A stretch of DNA of 64,000 nt from Acidimicrobiia bacterium (GTDB lineage Bacteria; Actinomycetota; Acidimicrobiia; Acidimicrobiales; JANYDT01): contig JANOJN010000219.1 in NCBI GenBank assembly GCA_031418775.1, positions 4,091 through 68,090 of the forward strand. Direction: 5' to 3'. Under the pieces are notes generated by a model that did no database searches, had not been told where the DNA came from, and saw only the letters and a list, made by a program, of their open reading frames with translations. Each line of letters opens with the position of its first letter. Position 1 is the stretch's first letter. Position numbers and translations under genes: made by a program. Positions 1 through 9,523 of the stretch are shown here, in pieces.

Positions 1-345
1 GAGAACCTGCGACCCGCCGAGCTCGCTTCGGAGTTGGATGAAGGTGACATGGTGCTGCTCGACGTGCGCGAACCTGACGAGCTGGGCAGCGGCACCATCG
101 GGGGTGCCATCAACGTTCCCCGGGGCATCGTCGAGCTCGTGGCCGATCCCGATCGGCCCGAGCATCGCCCGGTCCTCGACCCGCGGCGGCGAGTGGTGGT
201 GCTCTGCGACACAGGTGCGCGATCGGCGCTTGTCGTGCATGCCCTGTATGCGTTGGGATACTCCGACGTCGCGCACCTCGACGGTGGACTGGCGGCGTGG
301 GTCACTACCGGACGCGCATTGGTGCGGCAGTCGGATGTCGGGTGA
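1..345 (+). CDS. Rhodanese-domain sulfurtransferase (5' partial; frame open to window edge)
   Basis: Frame 1 is open from nt 1. The translation LLDVREPDE...VVLCDTGARS...LDGGLAAW is a typical rhodanese fold with a Cys active-site loop. The ORF-track start at 34 is a TTG that is probably internal. Confidence 0.75.
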   Translation, partial: ENLRPAELASELDEGDMVLLDVREPDELGSGTIGGAINVPRGIVELVADPDRPEHRPVLDPRRRVVVLCDTGARSALVVHALYALGYSDVAHLDGGLAAWVTTGRALVRQSDVG

Positions 346-403
346 GTTCTTCGCGTGGGTCAGAGTGGAGTGTCGGCGTGATTCGTGAAGAGAAGGAGGG
401 CAG

Positions 404-3400
404 ATGCAGATGACGGTCAGGAACGTGCACGTCCGCCTCCTCGGCGGTTTCGAGGTGACCGTCGACGAAGAAGTCGCGCTGACGCGGTTTCCCACCCGTC
501 GCGCCGGTGAGATGGTGCAGCTGCTCGCCCTCGCGCCCGGTCGCCAGCTCGCACGCGATCAGGTCATCGACGCACTCTGGCCGCAGCTCGATTCGTCGGC
601 GGGCGGTGCCAACCTTCGCAAGGCTGCTCACCACGCTCGCCAGGCGCTGGGGCACCCGGAAGCCGTCGTCCTCCAGCAACAGAACGTTGCGCTGTTTCCT
701 AGCGTGTCTCTGCGCACTGACGTCGATGAGTTCTTGGAGGCTGCCGATGCGGCGCTCGCCGGCGGGGATCCGGGCACTGCGCGCGAGGCGGCGCTTCTGT
801 ACTCCGGTGAGTTACTGCCGGGCGCCCGCTACGAACCGTGGGCAGACGAGCCGAGGCGTCTGCTGGCGGCCCGGTACCTGGGTCTGCTGCGCGTCGGTGG
901 CCAATGGGACCGCGTGCTCGAGTTGGACCCGCTTGACGAGGCGGCGGCTCGTGAGGTCATGCGAGCGGCGCTCGACGACGGGCGGCGTCATCGCGCGATC
1001 GCCGTGTACGGACGGCTGCGCGCCGCACTGTCGATCGAGCTCGGGGTACTCCCGCAACCGGCGACCGAGGAGCTGTACGCCGGAGCGCTCGAAGGCCTCG
1101 TCCCCGTCGCGCCGTCCTTCGTCGGTCGCGAGCAGCAGTTGGCGACGGTCGATGCGTTGGTGCGCCGGTCGACGGAAAGCGCGCTGGTGTTGGTGCGTGG
1201 ACCGTCCGGCATCGGCAAGTCGGCGTTCACCGGCGCCCTCGTCAAACGAGCACGAGCCGGAGGGGGCGTTGCCGCGCTGGTCCTCGCCGACGAGCCCGAC
1301 GATGCGTTCGCCACGCTTTCCTCGGTCGTGGAAGAGATGCTGCTCCGCTACCCGTCGATGTCGGATCGCTTGAACGACCGAACGCGCGCGGTTCTCGCTC
1401 GCTTGACCCCTGTTGCCCAACCACCCGACGCCGCCGACGGGTCCTTCACCCGGCATCAGATGTTGGGGGCCATGCAGCAGATGGTCGTGGCTGCGGGGAA
1501 GCGGGTGGTGATCGTGGTCGACGATGCGCACCGTGCCGATGACAGCTCGCTCGAAGTGCTGGCGCAGCTGACCGAGCGCGCCGAGGGCGGACCCGTCGTC
1601 GTCTTCTCTTTCCGCACGGAGGCCGCAGGTCCGGGGGTGCAGCGAGCGATCGCGCGTGCGGCGCGTCATAGCTTGCCGACGACTATCGACCTGGGGCCGT
1701 TGGACGGCGATGCCCTCAGGTCGCTCGCGATCTCACTCGGTGCACCGGCTGATGACGACGCCATCGCCGTACTCGCCGCCGTATCGGAGGGCAACGCGTT
1801 CTTCGCGACCGAGCTGTGTCGGGCAGGTCACCGCGAAGGTGAGCTGCACGCGTCACTTGCCGAGGCAATCGGTCGCCGCTTCCTCGACTTCGACGACGAT
1901 GTCGCCGCCTGGCTCCGGCGGCTCTCGCTCATCAGCGGCCCGCTCGATCTCGCCTCGGTCGTTGCCATGACCGGTTGCACCGACGATGAACTCACCCGAC
2001 TGCTCGACGCCGCGATGGCCGCCGACGTGCTGGTCGCGCACCAGGGCCAGTACCGTTTTCGCCACGAGCTCGTGCGGCGCACCCTGTCGGATCAGCTTGC
2101 TCCGCATCACGCAGTCGCCGTGCATCGGGACGCAGCCCGTCGGCTGGCTGAGCTCGGCGCCCGTCCGGGCGCCGTGGCGTACCACTGGCTTGAAGGTGGT
2201 CGGCCGGACCGTGCCGCGGAATGGTTGTTGCGCGCCGCGGATGACGCAGTCGGTCTCGGTGGTTATCCGGCTGCCGTGACGCACCTCGACCGTTTGCTCG
2301 AGCACGATCCGCATCACGTCGAGGCACTGCGTCGGCGCGCCGGAGCCCTCGACGCGATGGGCGACCCTCGCGCCATCGCGGCGTACGACGACGCGGCCCG
2401 TGTCGCGTCGCCGGAGGAAGTGCACGAGCTGCGGCCACTTCAAGCGCTGGCCATGGTGAAGCTCGGCGACCCTGCTGGTGGTATTCGGGTCGTCGAGGGG
2501 GCGGAACCGAAACGGCTCGAGTCGCAACTGGCCAAGGCGTTGGCGTATTGCGGAGCCGGCTTGATGGGACACGCCGACCCGGCGATCGGTGCCCGGCTCG
2601 CGGCCGAAGGTCGCCAACTCGCGCTCCGCGCCGGCGACCCGGCGGCGATCGTCGTTGCGTCGTGGGCCCAGGCCGGTGCCGCCCATGCGCAGGGCGAGTT
2701 GCGCACCAGCCTCAGCACCGATCTGCACGACACCGGTTCTCTGCCGCTCTTGGCGGCATCGGTGTTCGATGGTCAGCTGTGCATCACTCAGCGGCTGCTC
2801 TACGGTTCCCGGCCGTATGAGGACGTGATCCGCTGGACCGATTCGTTCGCTAAAGAGGCCGAGCGGCTTGGCGCGGCTCGAGGTCATGCCTTCGCGGTGA
2901 CATTGCGCGGTGAAGCCCAACTCCTTTCTGGTCATCTCGACGGCGCCGACCGCGACCTGCGGCGCGGACGGGAGATGCACCACACGATGGGTGCCGGTAC
3001 GGGTGAGGCGTTCTCGTTGCAACGTCTCGCCGAGTTGGCCGCGGTGCGCGGCGATGTGCGGGGCGCCCATCGTCTGTTGGACGAGTCGTTGGCCGTCGCC
3101 CGCGAGAGCGACGTGGGGTTTCATCTCCTCGACCGCATCTACGGAACCCGCATCACACTTGCCGCGGATCCGTCGGCGGCCCTTGCGGCGGTGGACGAGG
3201 CGGAGGAGTTGGTATGCGGCCCGCTCGAGACATGCCCCGGTTGCCGGATCACCCTTGCGGTGCCGGCCGCGATCGCGCTGGCGCGGGCGGGCGAATTGGA
3301 TCGGCTGGTGGCGTACGAGGCGTCGTGTCAGTGGCTCGCCGAAGTCGTCATGCAGCTACCCGCCTGGTACGCCGCTCTCGACGAAGTCCGCGGCCACCGT

Positions 3401-3529
3401 TGCCACGCCCAGGGCGATCTGGTTGCGGCCCGGGCTCACTTCGGCGAGGCGTTGCGCGGGTTTCGCGCCGCCGGTCAGCCCTACGACGTCGTCCGTTGTG
3501 CGGCGGAACTCGCGGTGTTGGCGACGTGA
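404..3529 (+). CDS. SARP/AfsR-family transcriptional regulator (winged-helix + BTAD + P-loop NTPase + TPR-like repeats)
   Basis: 1041 aa. N-terminus LLGGFEV...QVIDALWP resembles an OmpR-type wHTH/BTAD. Walker A is VRGPSGIGKSAF. The C-terminus is long and helical-repeat-like. SD GAAGGAGGG lies just upstream of ATG 404. Confidence 0.8.
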   Translation: MQMTVRNVHVRLLGGFEVTVDEEVALTRFPTRRAGEMVQLLALAPGRQLARDQVIDALWPQLDSSAGGANLRKAAHHARQALGHPEAVVLQQQNVALFPSVSLRTDVDEFLEAADAALAGGDPGTAREAALLYSGELLPGARYEPWADEPRRLLAARYLGLLRVGGQWDRVLELDPLDEAAAREVMRAALDDGRRHRAIAVYGRLRAALSIELGVLPQPATEELYAGALEGLVPVAPSFVGREQQLATVDALVRRSTESALVLVRGPSGIGKSAFTGALVKRARAGGGVAALVLADEPDDAFATLSSVVEEMLLRYPSMSDRLNDRTRAVLARLTPVAQPPDAADGSFTRHQMLGAMQQMVVAAGKRVVIVVDDAHRADDSSLEVLAQLTERAEGGPVVVFSFRTEAAGPGVQRAIARAARHSLPTTIDLGPLDGDALRSLAISLGAPADDDAIAVLAAVSEGNAFFATELCRAGHREGELHASLAEAIGRRFLDFDDDVAAWLRRLSLISGPLDLASVVAMTGCTDDELTRLLDAAMAADVLVAHQGQYRFRHELVRRTLSDQLAPHHAVAVHRDAARRLAELGARPGAVAYHWLEGGRPDRAAEWLLRAADDAVGLGGYPAAVTHLDRLLEHDPHHVEALRRRAGALDAMGDPRAIAAYDDAARVASPEEVHELRPLQALAMVKLGDPAGGIRVVEGAEPKRLESQLAKALAYCGAGLMGHADPAIGARLAAEGRQLALRAGDPAAIVVASWAQAGAAHAQGELRTSLSTDLHDTGSLPLLAASVFDGQLCITQRLLYGSRPYEDVIRWTDSFAKEAERLGAARGHAFAVTLRGEAQLLSGHLDGADRDLRRGREMHHTMGAGTGEAFSLQRLAELAAVRGDVRGAHRLLDESLAVARESDVGFHLLDRIYGTRITLAADPSAALAAVDEAEELVCGPLETCPGCRITLAVPAAIALARAGELDRLVAYEASCQWLAEVVMQLPAWYAALDEVRGHRCHAQGDLVAARAHFGEALRGFRAAGQPYDVVRCAAELAVLAT

Positions 3530-3542
3530 GGCGGAGCACGCG

Positions 3543-4227
3543 TCAGGATTCTTGAGATGCTCCGGGCAGTACGAGTCCGCTTTCATACGCGGCCACGACG
3601 GCTTGGGCCCGGTCGCGAATCGCGAGCTTCGCGAACAGATGCCCGATGTGTGTCTTGACGGTTGCTTCGCCGACGTGGAGCGTGTCAGCGATCTCCGCGT
3701 TGTTACGTCCGGTCGCGATCAGACTGAGGACGTCTCGTTCACGGTCGGTCAAGGAGATGAGGCATTCCTGAGCGGCCCGCCCATCTCGGGCAGTGAGTGC
3801 GATCGTCGTGAGAAGTCTTCCGAGTAGCCGCGGTGCGATGACTGCGTCGCCCTCGGCCGCAAGCCTCACTGCTCGGAGTAGATCGTCACCGTCGCCGTCT
3901 TTGAGGAGAAACCCGCAGGCGCCGGCTCGGATCGCGTCGATCACGTAGGCGTCGTGGTAAGGTGGTCAGGATGATGACGGCGACGTCGGGGAGTTCGGCG
4001 CGGATTCGTTGGGTCGCAGCGATCCCATCGACGAGCGGCATATGGATGTCCATCAGTACGACGTGGGGACTCGCATGATGTGCGAGTTCGATCGCCTCGT
4101 GCCCGTTCGCGGCCTCGGCGACGACCACCACGTCCTGGGCGAAGCTCAGAAGCGCACGGATGCCTTGGCGGACCATGGTCTGATCGTCGGCGAGGAGCAC
4201 CCGGATTGAGGTTTCGATCCTGGTCAT
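3543..4227 (-). pseudogene. NarL/LuxR-family response regulator, interrupted by a +1 frameshift near 3959-3960
   Basis: The receiver half (MTRIETSIRVLLADDQ...VLMDIHMP...VIILTT) is in ORF 3886..4308. The rest (YHDAYVIDAIRAGACGFLLKD...LTDRERDVL...HTH) continues in another frame (ORF 3543..3944). Removing one T from ACCACC-TT-ACCAC restores ILTTYHDAYVIDAIRAGA. Confidence 0.75.
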
Positions 4228-5394
4228 GTTGCGATCGACGTCGGCAACGAGACCCGAACCACCCACATGCCAGGTTCGAGCGGGCCGACATCGAGCTTGC
4301 CCCCGCATATGGTGACGCGCTCTCGCATACCGGCAAGTCCGATCCCGTCAACGAACCGCTCATTTCCCGGAGGAGACCCAGGACGGATTCACCACGGTGA
4401 TTTGGAGATGTTCCCGCGACCAGCCGAGGGTGAGGCGAACCGATCCAGCGACGCCGTGACGTCTCGCGTTTGTCAGGCATTCCTGGGCAATCCGAAAGGC
4501 AGTTAGGGAGTGTCCTGCGGACATCTCCCGAGGTGCTCCGACGACCTCGAGCTCGACGTCCTGGCCGGACTGGCGGCATTCCTCGATCAAGCGCGGAAGG
4601 TGGTCGATCGTCGGCTGCGAGGTTGATGGCGCCAGCACACCCGCCGGTCGGAGCGCACCCAACATCTCGCGGAGCTCGGTCATGGCCTGCCGGGCGCTGG
4701 CTTCGATCGCTTTCACGTCATCGATCTCAACCCGCTGCCCGTGTTCGATCCGGCGTCGGAGTACCTGAGCCTGGATGGACACGACGTTCATCGTGTGCGC
4801 AGTGATGTCGTGCAGTTCGCGTGCGACTCGCAGACGTTCCGGGAGCGTCGCCTGCTGCATGTCGATGCTGTGTGATTCGGCGAGCGCAGTGGCGAATCCC
4901 ACTGCGCGCGTCTCACGTTCAACCGCCCGCCGCACCACCGCGCCGAGCGCCCACGGTGCCGCGATGAACACGACCGGAAAGACGATCTGTTGAGGGAAGG
5001 CGAACGGCCCCGGTGCCGTGACGTTCATCGACATCAGTCCGAGTGCGCCCGCGGCCATGTAGGGCAGGTGTCGGTGCCGACCAAAACGGCCGGCGCCGAA
5101 GCTGGCGGCGAGAACAAGGACCAAGAATGGGTCGTCCGAGCTCGTGCCCCCTGCCCAACTCGCGACGAGCGGCGCGATGAGCGAGGCCACGAGCGGCACG
5201 ACCGGCGCAGTGCGAATGAGCGCGAACGATGCCAGCGCAGCGAGCGCTACGGAGTCCACCACGATTGGTCGTCGCGCTTGTTGCGCAGAAGCACCAATCC
5301 ACGTGGCGAGCGCCACTGCTGCTGCAGCTGTCATCCCGAACGCGATCCGATGGTTCGTTCTGATGCGGGCGAGGGAGGGAATGGCAAGCGTCAC
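4224..5394 (-). pseudogene. HisKA_3-type sensor histidine kinase, interrupted by a +1 frameshift near 4363-4365
   Basis: Multi-TM N-terminus and H-box ARELHDITAHTMN. The main frame stops at 4360 after ITVVNPSWVSSGK. The G2 box and C-terminus (GNERFVDGIGLAGMRERVTICGGKLDVGPLEPGMWVVRVSLP) continue in another frame to TGA 4224, which overlaps the regulator ATG as ATGA. Removing one A of an AAA run restores the frame. The N-terminal start (GTG 5394 or ATG 5334) is uncertain. Confidence 0.7.
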
Positions 5395-5608
5395 GTGAAC
5401 CCACTGTCGGAAGATTCTCTCGAACCTCAGTATGGCTCTCTCGTCCCTCCACGTCCTCCGCCCAGGGGATGAGGGGCGTGTACCCGGCCTCCCCCCAACG
5501 TTGGAGATCGAAACGAACCGAACCCTCCCTCGCTCCGATGCGAAATCGACAGCGGCACTCAGATACTCAAACCGTCCCATTCCAGCAGCCTGAGCACGGA
5601 GAGCCAAC

Positions 5609-6154
5609 ATGAGCAACGCCACAGCGATTGAGGAACTGCCTCCGGTCGACGCGCTCGACGGGGTCGCCAAGGCAGCGGCGATCCTTGCCGCCACTTGCGC
5701 GATAGGCCTTGCGCTCTACCACGCGCTGTCGACCAGCAAGCCGGCGGCGGACTACGAGACTCTTGCCGGGAACGCCCGCGAAGTCGCGTTCTTCGCGTAC
5801 CTCGTGGGTTCCATCGCTGCCCTTTACTTTGCTCGACATCTCCAATTCGCGGCGACTCGACCGGCTCGATCGATCTGCGTTGGCTACGCGCTCGTCGCGT
5901 TCGGTGTCGCGGCCGGATTCGTGCTGCGCGACGATCCCGACTGGTTTGTGGTGGTGGGTATTCCAGGGAATCTGCTCGCGGTCGTTGGATGGATAGCGCT
6001 GGGATTCACGAGCACCAAACGCCACCTGCTTCCTCGTTGGGCAGCAGTCCTCGGCGCCGTCGGGGGAGTGTTCGCCGTGCTGTTTGCGGAGTTCGGGTCA
6101 GGCGTGCTGATCGGCAGCTTCTGGCTGTACCTGGCGTTCCGCCGCGAGCCGTGA
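5609..6154 (+). CDS. Hypothetical integral membrane protein
   Basis: 181 aa with about five hydrophobic helices. I recognised no motif. Confidence 0.5.
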   Translation: MSNATAIEELPPVDALDGVAKAAAILAATCAIGLALYHALSTSKPAADYETLAGNAREVAFFAYLVGSIAALYFARHLQFAATRPARSICVGYALVAFGVAAGFVLRDDPDWFVVVGIPGNLLAVVGWIALGFTSTKRHLLPRWAAVLGAVGGVFAVLFAEFGSGVLIGSFWLYLAFRREP

Positions 6155-6165
6155 CGCGCCGAGGA

Positions 6166-6840
6166 TCAGCGCGGTGTCGTTGGCGTGGTGCTGAGCACCG
6201 CCCGGAGGGCGGTCAGCGTCCGGGTGAAGTGGCGGCGCAACTCCGCCGCGGCACCTGCGGCGTCGCCGGCTACCGCCAGATCCTTCAGCGTGCGGTGGAC
6301 CTCGGCGGTGTTGTAGCCGCGGGGTCGCTCGGGCAGGCCGACGGTCACGAGGAGGCCGGCCCGATCGGACAGCTGGGTGGCGAGGCGCATCAGCCACGCT
6401 GAATCGCAGGCGGACACCAGGGCGCGATGGAAGGCGGCGTGGGTGCTCGGCGGGGCGACAGGTGTGGTGGTCAACGCGTTCCACGTTGACTCGACGCGCT
6501 GGCGGTAATCGTTGTCGCCGACCGCCACCGCTCGCTCGAGCGCCATTGGTTCGAGGATCAGCCGGAGCTCGTAGATCTCGTTGGCTTCGTGGAGGTCGAC
6601 CTCGGCCACGCGGGCCGATCCGTGCGACTGGAGGACGACGAGGCCCTCGGACGCCAGCTTGCGCAGTGCTTCACGAAGGGGTGTGGCCGAAAGGCCGAGC
6701 TGTTCGGCCAACGTCGAGATCACGAGGGCGTCGCCGGGGCCGAAGTCGCCCCGCATGATCGACTCACGCAGCCGCTGGTCGGCCCACTCGGTCAGGGTGG
6801 GTGGTTCTCCGCCGGCGAGGGATCGACCACCTGTCATCAT
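6166..6840 (-). CDS. GntR-family (FadR/FCD-type) transcriptional regulator
   Basis: HTH ISTLAEQLGLSATPLREALRKLASEGLV followed by a helical FCD-like C-terminus. The start was trimmed to MMTGG (6840). Divergent from the catabolic operon. Confidence 0.8.
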   Translation of the reverse strand: MMTGGRSLAGGEPPTLTEWADQRLRESIMRGDFGPGDALVISTLAEQLGLSATPLREALRKLASEGLVVLQSHGSARVAEVDLHEANEIYELRLILEPMALERAVAVGDNDYRQRVESTWNALTTTPVAPPSTHAAFHRALVSACDSAWLMRLATQLSDRAGLLVTVGLPERPRGYNTAEVHRTLKDLAVAGDAAGAAAELRRHFTRTLTALRAVLSTTPTTPR

Positions 6841-6916
6841 CCCCAGTGTCGCACAGTCCCGATTGTCCTGTAGCATGTATCCTATAGGATCGGCGTCGAC
6901 CTGGAGGTCGTGGGAT

Positions 6917-7783
6917 ATGGGGTTTCGTCTTGCCAACATCGCCGGCCGCGCCGTACTGGTGTCCGGAGACGGCTATTTCGATCTGCACGAAGTCAGCTCC
7001 GGGTCCCTCAGCGCCGACCCGATGAAGGCCATCGCCCATCCGACTCGGCTGGCATCGCTCACGAGCGAGTTGGCGGCAAAGACGCCGACGGGCCTGGTGT
7101 CCGAGGCGACCCTCGGACCGCCCGTGCTGCGGCCGCAGAAGTCGTTCGCCGTCGGCCTGAACTTCCAGGCCCACGCCGACGAGGGCGGAATGGACGTGCC
7201 GGCAGCGCCGTTGGTGTTCACGAAGTTCCCCTCGTGCCTGGTCGGTCCGACCGCCGACATCGAGCTGCGCAGCGATTTCTGCGACTATGAGGGCGAACTC
7301 GTGGTGGTCATCGGCACGGGCGGCAAAGACATCCCTCGAGAGCAGGCATGGGACCACGTCGTCGGCGTGACCGTCGGCCAGGACATCTCCGACCGCGTGG
7401 CGCAGTTCGCGGCGAAGCCACCGCACTTCGATCTGGCCAAGTCGTTCGACACCTTCGGTCCGATCGGTCCGGTCCTGGCGTCCGTCGACGAACTCGCCGA
7501 CCGCAATGACCTCCGCATCGTCACCGCTGTCAACGGCGAAGTTCGACAGAACGACACCACTGCGAACCTGATCTTCGACGTTCCGACCTTGATCAGCTAC
7601 CTCTCGCGCATCACCACCTTGGTCACCGGCGACATCATCTTCACCGGTACCCCCGAGGGTATAGGTGCGGCGAAGGGGATCTTCCTCAAGGACGGCGACG
7701 TCATCACCACCACCATCGACGGCATCGGCACCATGACCAACCGTTGTGTCCGTGTCACCAACTACCAAGGAGAAGACAGCTGA
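6917..7783 (+). CDS. Fumarylacetoacetate hydrolase (FAH) family protein
   Basis: DYEGELVVVIG...VGVTVGQDISDR...GDIIFTGTPEGIG are typical FAH-fold motifs. The true ATG is at 6917, within the longer track ORF. Confidence 0.85.
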   Translation: MGFRLANIAGRAVLVSGDGYFDLHEVSSGSLSADPMKAIAHPTRLASLTSELAAKTPTGLVSEATLGPPVLRPQKSFAVGLNFQAHADEGGMDVPAAPLVFTKFPSCLVGPTADIELRSDFCDYEGELVVVIGTGGKDIPREQAWDHVVGVTVGQDISDRVAQFAAKPPHFDLAKSFDTFGPIGPVLASVDELADRNDLRIVTAVNGEVRQNDTTANLIFDVPTLISYLSRITTLVTGDIIFTGTPEGIGAAKGIFLKDGDVITTTIDGIGTMTNRCVRVTNYQGEDS

Positions 7784-8736
7784 TGGCGCTGAACGGTTTG
7801 CTCGACATCGAGCTGAGCGTGCCCAACCCGAGCGAACTGCGTGAGTTCTGGCTACGTCGTGGCATGACGGCGACTTCCGACGGCGTCCTCGGCACCGCTG
7901 ATCGGCCGGTGCAACTGCGGATCGCCGAAGGTAGTTACCGCCACATGTCCGAACTGCACATGAGCTGCGAGTCCGAGCAGGACCTCGCCGATATCGCCGA
8001 ACGCATCGGAACGATGGGCGTCGAGTCGTCGATCACCGACACCAGGCTCACGTGCATCGATCCGGTCTTCCGGCACCGCGTCGTCATCGACGTCACGAGC
8101 CCGCATCCGTTGACGCCGACACAACGACGAGCCTGGAATCACGCGGGCGAACAGGAACGTCTCAACGCCCGCGCCGATGCGGCGGTCGAAGCTTCGCCGA
8201 GGCCGCCCCGACGGTTGGGCCACTTCGTGCTCGGCACGCCGCACTTCAAGGAGGCCACCGCCTTCTTCTTCGACGGTCTCGGCTTCAAGGTGTCGGACCA
8301 GATCCTGAACGGGGTCGCCACCTTCGGTCGCATCGAGCAGGACCACCACAACCTGCTCATCCAACCCGGCCCCACTTCGTACATCAACCACTACGCGATC
8401 GAGATGGACGACATCGATGCGATCGGTAAGGCGGGTCAGGCCGTGGTCACCGAACGCGACGACGCGAATGTGGTTGGTGTAGGCCGCCACTTCCTCGGTT
8501 CCAATGTGTTCTGGTATCTCACCGACCCGTCCGGCACGATGTTCGAGTTCTTTTCCGACATCGACCAGATCGTGGACGACGAAGCGTGGGAACGCGACCA
8601 CTGCCGCCGCGACTGGGCCGGTTCCGATGGGCCCGCTCCGGTATCGGTGTGGGGCCCCAAGGAGCCGGAGACGTTCTTCAACCCGGCTGACCTCCCGGTC
8701 ATCGGCGCCGCCCGCGAAGCCCTCGGTCTGGACTGA
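7783..8736 (+). CDS. VOC-superfamily protein (extradiol ring-cleavage dioxygenase-like)
   Basis: Two glyoxalase/VOC-like modules (LGHFVLGTPHFKEATAFFFDGLGFKVSD...NHYAIEMDD). ATG 7783 overlaps the FAH stop as ATGA. Confidence 0.65.
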   Translation: MALNGLLDIELSVPNPSELREFWLRRGMTATSDGVLGTADRPVQLRIAEGSYRHMSELHMSCESEQDLADIAERIGTMGVESSITDTRLTCIDPVFRHRVVIDVTSPHPLTPTQRRAWNHAGEQERLNARADAAVEASPRPPRRLGHFVLGTPHFKEATAFFFDGLGFKVSDQILNGVATFGRIEQDHHNLLIQPGPTSYINHYAIEMDDIDAIGKAGQAVVTERDDANVVGVGRHFLGSNVFWYLTDPSGTMFEFFSDIDQIVDDEAWERDHCRRDWAGSDGPAPVSVWGPKEPETFFNPADLPVIGAAREALGLD

Positions 8737-8743
8737 AACGGCC

Positions 8744-9523
8744 ATGGACCTCGGAATCCGCGGCCGCTCGGCGATCCTCCTGGCGTCGAGCCGCGGGCTC
8801 GGTCGCGCGTGTGCCGAGAGCCTGGCGCGCGAGGGCGTGCGCGTCGTGATCAACGGTCGAACCGAGTCGGACGTGCTGCGCACCTGCGACGAACTCCACG
8901 AGGCCCACGGCATCACTGCTACCCCTGTGGTGGGCGATGCGACACGCACCGAGGTCCACGACGCTCTGCTCGCTGCGTGTCCCGAGCCGGACATCGTGCT
9001 GCTCAATGGCGAGGGCCCGCCGCCCACCGCCTTCGGTGACATCGATGCCGACAAATGGGCTGACACTCTGCAGCGGACCATGGTGTCCCCCCTGCTGTTC
9101 GTGCAGCGAGTCATCGTGGGTATGCAGCAGCGCCGCTTCGGCCGCATCGTCGCCGTGTCCTCGGCGATGGTGAAGTCGCCGAACCCGCTCATGAGCATGT
9201 CGCACGGTCCTCGCCTTGGCCTCACGGGAGTGCTCAAGGGTCTGTCGAAGTCAGCGGTCGCCCACAACGTAACGATCAACACGCTGCTGCCGGAGCGATT
9301 CGACACCGGCCGTCAGCAGCAGATGGCGCAGTTGGCGATGAATTTCCGCGGCATCACCTACGACGAAGCACGCGCCGAGCAGATCGCTTCGATCAAAGCC
9401 GGAAGGCTCGGTCGGCCCGAGGAGTTCGGCGACACCTTCGCCTTCCTCTGCTCGGCCCAAGCCGGCTACCTGAGCGGGCAGAGCATCCAGCTCGACGGCG
9501 GCAGCTACGAGGGCGTGTTCTAG
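8744..9523 (+). CDS. SDR-family oxidoreductase
   Basis: AILLASSRGLGRA glycine-rich NAD(P) motif. About 259 aa, typical SDR length. Confidence 0.75.
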   Translation: MDLGIRGRSAILLASSRGLGRACAESLAREGVRVVINGRTESDVLRTCDELHEAHGITATPVVGDATRTEVHDALLAACPEPDIVLLNGEGPPPTAFGDIDADKWADTLQRTMVSPLLFVQRVIVGMQQRRFGRIVAVSSAMVKSPNPLMSMSHGPRLGLTGVLKGLSKSAVAHNVTINTLLPERFDTGRQQQMAQLAMNFRGITYDEARAEQIASIKAGRLGRPEEFGDTFAFLCSAQAGYLSGQSIQLDGGSYEGVF

